64,000 nucleotides of DNA from Octopus sinensis (Eukaryota), in contig NC_043013.1 of assembly GCF_006345805.1 (NCBI RefSeq), forward strand, positions 49,600,001-49,664,000. Direction: 5' to 3'. Shown here piece after piece: positions 63,801-64,000 of the stretch. Below the pieces are notes generated by a model that was not told where the DNA came from, made no database searches, and was given only the letters and a program-made list of their open reading frames with translations. Position 1 is the first letter of the stretch, and every line of letters starts with the position of its first letter. The position numbers were made by a program, and so were the translations under genes.

Positions 63801-64000
63801 TGATTCTGTACACCTGTAATCAAGCAATCATCACCGGCTGGAGAAAAAAATTTTTTTTTTTTTTCTTTTTTGTGTATTCAACAGATTCTTGAAAAATAAC
63901 AGGTCTTAAAAAGTGGACAGAGAATTTGAAAGATTTTGGCTGTAAAGAATTGAACTCGCTGCTGCATCTGCAAAAAATATTATCTTCAAGTTCACTAATT

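Overview
AT-rich, repeat-saturated eukaryotic DNA. The SINE families and the (TA)n/(TG)n/(TTA)n load point to an octopus (coleoid cephalopod) genome; this rests on my recognition of the repeats, not a database search. No intact protein-coding gene is identifiable: nearly all long ORFs are microsatellite or SINE translations or broken transposon ORFs. Solid features are one intact tRNA-Leu(TAA) gene with a Pol III terminator, about 20 copies of one tRNA-derived SINE (called SINE-A here) plus three other SINE types (B, D, E), LINE remnants (RTE, CR1, R4/Dong, L1/Tx1-like), DNA transposon relics (pogo/Tigger, full-length Tc1, mariner, Merlin), MITEs with TTAA, 8-bp hAT-type and 8-bp GG-ended signatures, and four non-autonomous Helitrons. 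The most interesting observations are three minimal type-I hammerhead ribozyme motifs on the minus strand in (TA)n-associated elements, a Merlin transposase split by a hAT MITE and bracketed by two GG-ended MITEs, an R4/Dong element between (TAA)n tracts, a SINE fused to the tRNA terminator, and a sharp CpG-poor to CpG-rich switch near 37-39 kb that may mark the 5' end of a large-intron minus-strand gene. SINE labels A/B/D/E are my working names and many repeat boundaries are approximate.
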